Below, piece after piece: positions 7,293 through 11,523 of a stretch of DNA of 14,397 nt. The stretch's first letter is position 1. Each line of letters opens with the position of its first letter. The stretch is taken from the IMG/VR virus record IMGVR_UViG_2563366907_000012; one strand, written 5' to 3'. The notes below the pieces were generated by a model. The model ran no database searches, was not told where the DNA came from, and saw only the letters and a list, made by a program, of their open reading frames with translations. The DNA is from a virus. Taxonomy: Duplodnaviria > Heunggongvirae > Uroviricota > Caudoviricetes. Made by a program: the position numbers and the translations under genes.

Positions 7293-8255
7293 TCACCCCC
7301 TGAATCCCGGCGGTATTTCAGTGTCCGGTTCAGAAATGTGATTCACGCAACGCTGCGCAGGCGAACGCCCCAGGCGGATAACCAGTTCATCCCATTTTTC
7401 CCGGAGTTTTGCCGGACTCATGATGTTTTTTACCCAGAACGAATCCCGCTGGAGACGCTCAAACATTTCACAAATTTGTCTGTGAGTTCTGCCATCCAGC
7501 ATCCGCATTGTGCGAACGTCATTGGCCCATGCTGTCCAGTTGGGTTCTTTCGGTCTAGTGATCTCGCCATCATAGCTGGCCGCCTGCTCGTAAAGACTCA
7601 CGATTCGTCCCCAGATCCACTGTGCGCACACCAAATCTTCCTGACTTCCCCACTGGCGTTTTTTCGCACTGAACACAACCGCGTCAGGGTGTCGGGTTAA
7701 AAAATCCTGTTCAGCCGTCTGCGGGTCCGGTTGCGAAGCGTCCGGACAAGAAGATCTTTTATCTGACGGATCAGGTTTTAATACTGACGGATCGGGGTCA
7801 ATCATCGCCCCCCTAATCGGCAGTTTTTTATCAACAGTTGATCCATCAAAATTTGACGGGTCAACCGTTGAGGGGTCAATATTTGACGGGTCAACTGTTA
7901 ACGGGTCATTTTTTGCCGGGCTAATTTTTCTTTTCGGTTTATATGACTCACGCGCCGCCGCCGCAGCTGCTTCGAGTTTTTCCACATTAAGTCGATAGAT
8001 ATTGCTTACATTACGCCCACCGACCTTACGCTCTTCCTTCGTCAGCCAGCCCTCTTTCGCCAGTTCTGCAATAGCCGATTTCACTGTGGATTCACTTCTT
8101 GCACCGATCTGACGCCGGATAGTTTCAATGGCAGGCCATGACACGCCCTCGTCATTGCTGTAGTCTGCAAGACGGGCCATAACCGCCACCCTGGATAAGA
8201 TCATGCCGGTGAAGGCGCACCCTTCCCAGACAAGACCATGAAGCTTGCTGCTCAT
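7293..8255 (-). CDS. Replication initiator, lambda O-like (HTH N-terminal domain, internal iterons)
   Basis: Trimmed to the ATG at 8255 (GGGGG SD; the track's 8270 start is GTG). N-terminal winged-helix domain; central DPSxx pentapeptide repeats encoded by DNA iterons. Confidence 0.8.
   Translation of the reverse strand: MSSKLHGLVWEGCAFTGMILSRVAVMARLADYSNDEGVSWPAIETIRRQIGARSESTVKSAIAELAKEGWLTKEERKVGGRNVSNIYRLNVEKLEAAAAAARESYKPKRKISPAKNDPLTVDPSNIDPSTVDPSNFDGSTVDKKLPIRGAMIDPDPSVLKPDPSDKRSSCPDASQPDPQTAEQDFLTRHPDAVVFSAKKRQWGSQEDLVCAQWIWGRIVSLYEQAASYDGEITRPKEPNWTAWANDVRTMRMLDGRTHRQICEMFERLQRDSFWVKNIMSPAKLREKWDELVIRLGRSPAQRCVNHISEPDTEIPPGFRG
7828..7924. repeat. Iteron array (putative phage origin) inside the O-like gene
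   Basis: Four tandem 15-bp units with core GGGTCA(A/T) starting at 7858, 7873, 7888 and 7903. TCAAC-N-GTTGA/GTTAA recurs every 30 bp (7831, 7861, 7891). A T-rich tract follows at 7906..7935. Confidence 0.6.
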
Positions 8256-8277
8256 AAAACCCCCGAACACCGTGCTT

Positions 8278-8703
8278 TTAGTGCATCACCACAGCATTCC
8301 CTGCCGGGCCGCCGCGATTCATCTGGTCATACAAAACAACCGCTGACGCAACAAAATCATCGACATCCTTCACCAGCCGATCCCTCCGTTCGACGATCTC
8401 ACGGTAATATTCAGAACTGTGGCTGCGCATACGGGCCACCAGCAGAGGCGGCATTGCCTTTTCGATCGCCGGTAACAGAGCCTGCATTTTTTCAACAGCA
8501 TCAGGGGTGTCTTTATCCAGCCAACGGAAAATTTTCTGGGTATTACGGGCCAGGGCTTCCGGATGGCTGTCGTCATACAGTTCCGGGAACGTCATTCCCA
8601 GCTCGAAATACGCTTTGGTAATTTTCGCAGCCGGTACTTTTTCGCCGTCCGGATGCGCCCAGACATTCATCGCCATGCGGATGTGTTCATGCTTGATTTT
8701 CAT
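8278..8703 (-). CDS. YdaT-family protein (cII-position regulator/toxin-like)
   Basis: Begins MKIKHEHI as recalled for Rac YdaT. 141 aa; start overlaps the cro-like stop (ATGA), matching ydaS-ydaT order. Confidence 0.65.
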   Translation of the reverse strand: MKIKHEHIRMAMNVWAHPDGEKVPAAKITKAYFELGMTFPELYDDSHPEALARNTQKIFRWLDKDTPDAVEKMQALLPAIEKAMPPLLVARMRSHSSEYYREIVERRDRLVKDVDDFVASAVVLYDQMNRGGPAGNAVVMH

Positions 8704-8915
8704 GAATCATTCTTTCCTTCGTTCGAGGTGCTATCCTGCTTCTTGTAAAGTTCTGGGTTGTATTTCAATTCACCGTTAGTAATTTCATCCAGTTCCATTG
8801 CGCGAAGTTTGGGAATAACTGCTTTCCACCGCACAACAGCCACATGTGAAATTCCAAGAGCCTCAGCTACTAGTCGCTTTTTTTTGAAATAGCGCAGAAC
8901 ATCATCTTTGAACAT
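8700..8915 (-). CDS. Cro-like DNA-binding protein (DicC/YdaS-type)
   Basis: 71 aa, divergent from the repressor, AGGAGAG SD 5 nt upstream. Central segment LVAEALGISHVAVVRWKAVIP fits a YdaS/Cro-type HTH. Confidence 0.7.
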   Translation of the reverse strand: MFKDDVLRYFKKKRLVAEALGISHVAVVRWKAVIPKLRAMELDEITNGELKYNPELYKKQDSTSNEGKNDS

Positions 8916-8944
8916 AAAACTCTCCTGTTATTTCGAGCAGAAGG

Positions 8945-9006
8945 GTAACAATAGTTACATAACAATGTCAACCATAGCAACATCACTTGGTAGTAACATT
9001 GGTTAC
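8945..9006. promoter_or_regulatory. Divergent immunity-region operators: two GTAAC-N4-GTTAC palindromes
   Basis: GTAACAATAGTTAC at 8945..8958 and GTAACATTGGTTAC at 8993..9006. The second abuts the repressor ATG at 9007, implying a leaderless or near-leaderless repressor transcript. Confidence 0.55.
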
Positions 9007-9681
9007 ATGAAAAACACTATCAGCGAACGTATTCGGAATCGTCGAAAAGACGTTGGATTAACCCAACAGCAGGTTGCGAAAGCAATCGGCATATCTCGTG
9101 TATCCGTAACAAAATGGGAAAATGGCTCTTCAAAACCTGACGGTGAGAATTTGTATCTACTGTCAAAATTGCTTTCCAAATCTCCTGAATGGATTCTTTA
9201 TGGAAAGGACTGTCACGATAAAACCGATGATCTGCGTCTGAATCAGTACCCTTACATTAGTGACAACATCGCCCGGTTGCCCGTTTTAACGTGGGAACAG
9301 GCTGGTTATTGGGATATGAGTTGTCCAGTAACCAAGATTCCTGGTATTAATAACTGGGTTGATGTCATGACAAAAACCGCTGAAAACTCTTTTTTATTGC
9401 ATGTTGAGGGAGATGCGATGACAAACTCTAACGGCCTCCCAACCATCCCCGACGGATCTACCGTGCTGATCACACCATGCTCAAGTAACATTAGAGAACT
9501 GGTGGGAAAAATAATCTTAATCCAATTGGAAGGAACGCCAAACGTAACACTAAAAAAAGTTGCGATTGACGGACCAAACATCTATTTGTTGTCACTGAAT
9601 CCGCTTTACAAACCCATCGAACTGAATGGTGGTTACACCATTAAAGGTAAAGTTTCACAAATACATCAATACTTAGACTGA
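9007..9681 (+). CDS. CI/C2-type prophage repressor (N-terminal XRE HTH, C-terminal S24 LexA-like domain with Ala at the catalytic Ser position)
   Basis: MKNTISERIRNRRKDVGLTQQQVAKAIGISRVSVTKWENG aligns with the recalled P22 C2 N-terminus. C-terminal domain has VEGDAM where LexA/CI have GxSM, with the VTLKKV Lys retained. Upstream TTG (8908) and ATG (8965) starts rejected. Confidence 0.85.
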   Translation: MKNTISERIRNRRKDVGLTQQQVAKAIGISRVSVTKWENGSSKPDGENLYLLSKLLSKSPEWILYGKDCHDKTDDLRLNQYPYISDNIARLPVLTWEQAGYWDMSCPVTKIPGINNWVDVMTKTAENSFLLHVEGDAMTNSNGLPTIPDGSTVLITPCSSNIRELVGKIILIQLEGTPNVTLKKVAIDGPNIYLLSLNPLYKPIELNGGYTIKGKVSQIHQYLD

Positions 9682-9686
9682 GTCAG

Positions 9687-9711
9687 AACCCGCATTCATT
9701 GCGGGTTTTTT
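9687..9711 (+). terminator. Rho-independent terminator after the repressor gene
   Basis: ACCCGCA-TTCAT-TGCGGGT stem-loop followed by TTTTTT, 6 nt after the stop codon. Confidence 0.7.
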
Positions 9712-9743
9712 ATGCCCTCAAATGTACCTTTTGCAACATTGTA

Positions 9744-9770
9744 TTGACTCGAAAGGTAACTCTTGTTACC
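9744..9770 (+). promoter_or_regulatory. Putative PL-like promoter/operator for the dicB-type operon
   Basis: TTGACT at 9744..9749 followed by a third operator-type palindrome GGTAAC-TCTT-GTTACC (9755..9770). The -10 element is not clear. Confidence 0.45.
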
Positions 9771-9953
9771 TTAACAACATACCAACCCACACCGCCCCAC
9801 AGAACGCAGGGAAATACTTCGAGTTACCCGGCAGTGGTCAGGGGTTAAGTAGCCAGCCCGAGGCGTAAGAACATGACGGCAGGGTTCAACTTTAATAACT
9901 ATGCAGCAGGTTTTTGTTCCGCTACCCCGGCGTTAAGGGGAAATGAGGTCAGC

Positions 9954-10109
9954 ATGGATACTATCGATCTTGGCAACAGCGAATCTCTGGTATGTGGCGT
10001 GTTCCCCAACCAGGACGGTACGTTCACCGCGATGACGTATACCAAAAGCAAAACGTTTAAAACCGAAAATGGTGCCCGTCGCTGGCTGGAAAGAAACTCA
10101 GGTGAGTGA
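9954..10109 (+). CDS. ydfA: YdfA-like small protein (51 aa)
   Basis: ATG with GAGG 5 nt upstream; MDTIDLGNSESLVCGVFPNQDGTFTAMTYTKSKTFKTENGARRWLERNSGE. Length and position match ydfA of the Qin dicB operon. Upstream extension of the 78-aa ORF rejected. Confidence 0.7.
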   Translation: MDTIDLGNSESLVCGVFPNQDGTFTAMTYTKSKTFKTENGARRWLERNSGE

Positions 10110-10110
10110 T

Positions 10111-10239
10111 ATGGATTTTGACACAATCATGGAAAAGGCTTACGAAGAATACTTCGAAGGCCTTGCCGAAGGCGAAGAAGCTCACAGCTTCAACGAATTT
10201 AAACAGGCGCTTTCCAGTTCGGCAAAATCTAACGGCTGA
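10111..10239 (+). CDS. ydfB: YdfB-like small acidic protein (42 aa)
   Basis: ATG 1 nt after the ydfA stop, AGGTGAG SD. MDFDTIMEKAYEEYFEGLAEGEEAHSFNEFKQALSSSAKSNG. Below the ORF-track cutoff. Confidence 0.7.
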   Translation: MDFDTIMEKAYEEYFEGLAEGEEAHSFNEFKQALSSSAKSNG

Positions 10240-10268
10240 TAAGCGAAACAGCACCGCGAGGAATCAGT

Positions 10269-10487
10269 ATGCAGAAACGAGAACCCGTCATCATCGCGCC
10301 AGACTATACCGATGATGAACTTTATGAGTGGATGCGCCAGAAAATTAATGCAGCGCAGGATCTGAAATGGGCTAATGAAGTCAGGGCTAAGCAGGCTGAA
10401 AATCTGTCCGCTCTGGAGCAGGATATCACCAATCTGGAAAAAGCAGCGGCATTAAGCATTGCCAGAATGATTACATACCCGCGTTAG
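10269..10487 (+). CDS. ydfC: YdfC-like protein (72 aa)
   Basis: ATG with GAGGA SD; length and position match ydfC upstream of dicF. Confidence 0.7.
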   Translation: MQKREPVIIAPDYTDDELYEWMRQKINAAQDLKWANEVRAKQAENLSALEQDITNLEKAAALSIARMITYPR

Positions 10488-10827
10488 TAGCTAACCAACG
10501 AAGCTAAGGTTAGTAATTAAGGAGTTCTCCACGGGTGAGGTGGAGTGCGTGCGCCGGACACGGGTGCGCATCCGGCACTGACAGTTTACTGAAAGGATAT
10601 TTCCCTGAAAAGTCAGACCATAACGCGAAAGCGCACGGCGAGGTAGCTGGTTCATAGATAGCCTGTCGTTAAATTTTCGTCGACCGTGCGCTTCCGGTTG
10701 TGGCAACCCGCGAAATGGCGCGGCGGTAAGTATGGCGGGGTTATTCCTTCCCCGTTGAGGACACCGGGTTGTCAGGTTGACCATACGCTTAAGTGACAAC
10801 CCCGCTGCAACGCCCTCTGTTATCAAT

Positions 10828-10880
10828 TTTCTGGTGACGTTTGGCGGTATCAGTTTTACTCCGTGACTGCTCTGCCGCCC
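10828..10880 (+). ncRNA. dicF: DicF small regulatory RNA (ftsZ-targeting antisense sRNA)
   Basis: The 53 nt TTTCTGGTGACGTTTGGCGGTATCAGTTTTACTCCGTGACTGCTCTGCCGCCC match the DicF sequence as I recall it, followed by TTTTT, between ydfC and dicB. Confidence 0.85.
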
Positions 10881-11054
10881 TTTTTAAAGTGAATTTTGTG
10901 ATGCGGTGAATGCGGCTAAGCGCACGCGGAACAGTTAAAACCAAAAACAGTGTTATGGGTGGATTCTCTGTATCCGGCGTTAATTGTTAACTGGTTAACG
11001 TCACCTGGAGGCACCAGGCACTGCATCACAAAATTCATTGTTGAGGACGCGATA

Positions 11055-11243
11055 ATGAAAACGTTATTACCAAACGTTAATACGTCTGAAGGTTGTTTTG
11101 AAATTGGTGTCACTATCAGTAACCCTGTATTTACTGAAGATGCCATTAACAAGAGAAAACAAGAACGGGAGCTATTAAATAAAATATGCATTGTTTCAAT
11201 GCTGGCTCGTTTACGTCTGATGCCAAAAGGATGTGCACAATGA
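11055..11243 (+). CDS. dicB: DicB cell-division inhibitor (62 aa)
   Basis: MKTLLPNVNTSEGCFEIGVTISNPVFTEDAINKRKQERELLNKICIVSMLARLRLMPKGCAQ matches recalled DicB; GAGGA SD 7 nt upstream. Confidence 0.85.
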   Translation: MKTLLPNVNTSEGCFEIGVTISNPVFTEDAINKRKQERELLNKICIVSMLARLRLMPKGCAQ

Positions 11244-11431
11244 ATTCAGCATTTGTGCTTGTTCTGACAGTTTTTCTTGTTTCCGGAGAGCCAGTTGATA
11301 TTGCAGTCAGTGTTCACAGGACAATGCAGGAGTGTATGACTGCAGCAACCGAACAGAAAATTCCCGGTAACTGTTACCCGGTCGATAAAGTTATTCACCA
11401 GGATAATATCGAAATCCCGGCAGGTCTTTAA
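11240..11431 (+). CDS. ydfD: YdfD-like small membrane/lysis protein (63 aa)
   Basis: ATG overlaps the dicB stop (ATGA). MNSAFVLVLTVFLVSGEPVDIAVSVHRTMQECMTAATEQKIPGNCYPVDKVIHQDNIEIPAGL with a hydrophobic N-terminus. Confidence 0.8.
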   Translation: MNSAFVLVLTVFLVSGEPVDIAVSVHRTMQECMTAATEQKIPGNCYPVDKVIHQDNIEIPAGL

Positions 11432-11523
11432 AACAGTTCCGTAATAAATATCCGGTTTCATTCTTATATGCCAGCAATGGCAGGGATTTGTTCATCCTTA
11501 AATCTGTCATGAGGTTAAAACAA

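Noticed and set aside
6852-7700. 282-aa plus-strand ORF
   Set aside because: Entirely antisense to the well-supported DnaC-like and O-like genes, no Shine-Dalgarno, low-complexity Pro/Arg/His-rich product typical of a spurious antisense frame.
8238-8779. Plus-strand ORFs 8238..8621, 8507..8779, 8563..8748
   Set aside because: Antisense to the YdaT-like and cro-like genes; no supporting signals.
8908-9006. N-terminal extension of the repressor ORF from TTG at 8908 or ATG at 8965
   Set aside because: Would run through the operator palindromes and overlap the divergent cro start. The HTH alignment with P22 C2 begins at the ATG at 9007.
9873-9953. N-terminal extension of ydfA to a 78-aa ORF
   Set aside because: No ribosome-binding site at 9873, whereas the internal ATG at 9954 has GAGG at correct spacing and gives the expected 51-aa product.
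10491-10826. 111-aa minus-strand ORF in the ydfC-dicF spacer
   Set aside because: Antisense to the dicB operon transcript, Arg-rich low-complexity product, no start signal; region is better explained as DicF precursor RNA.
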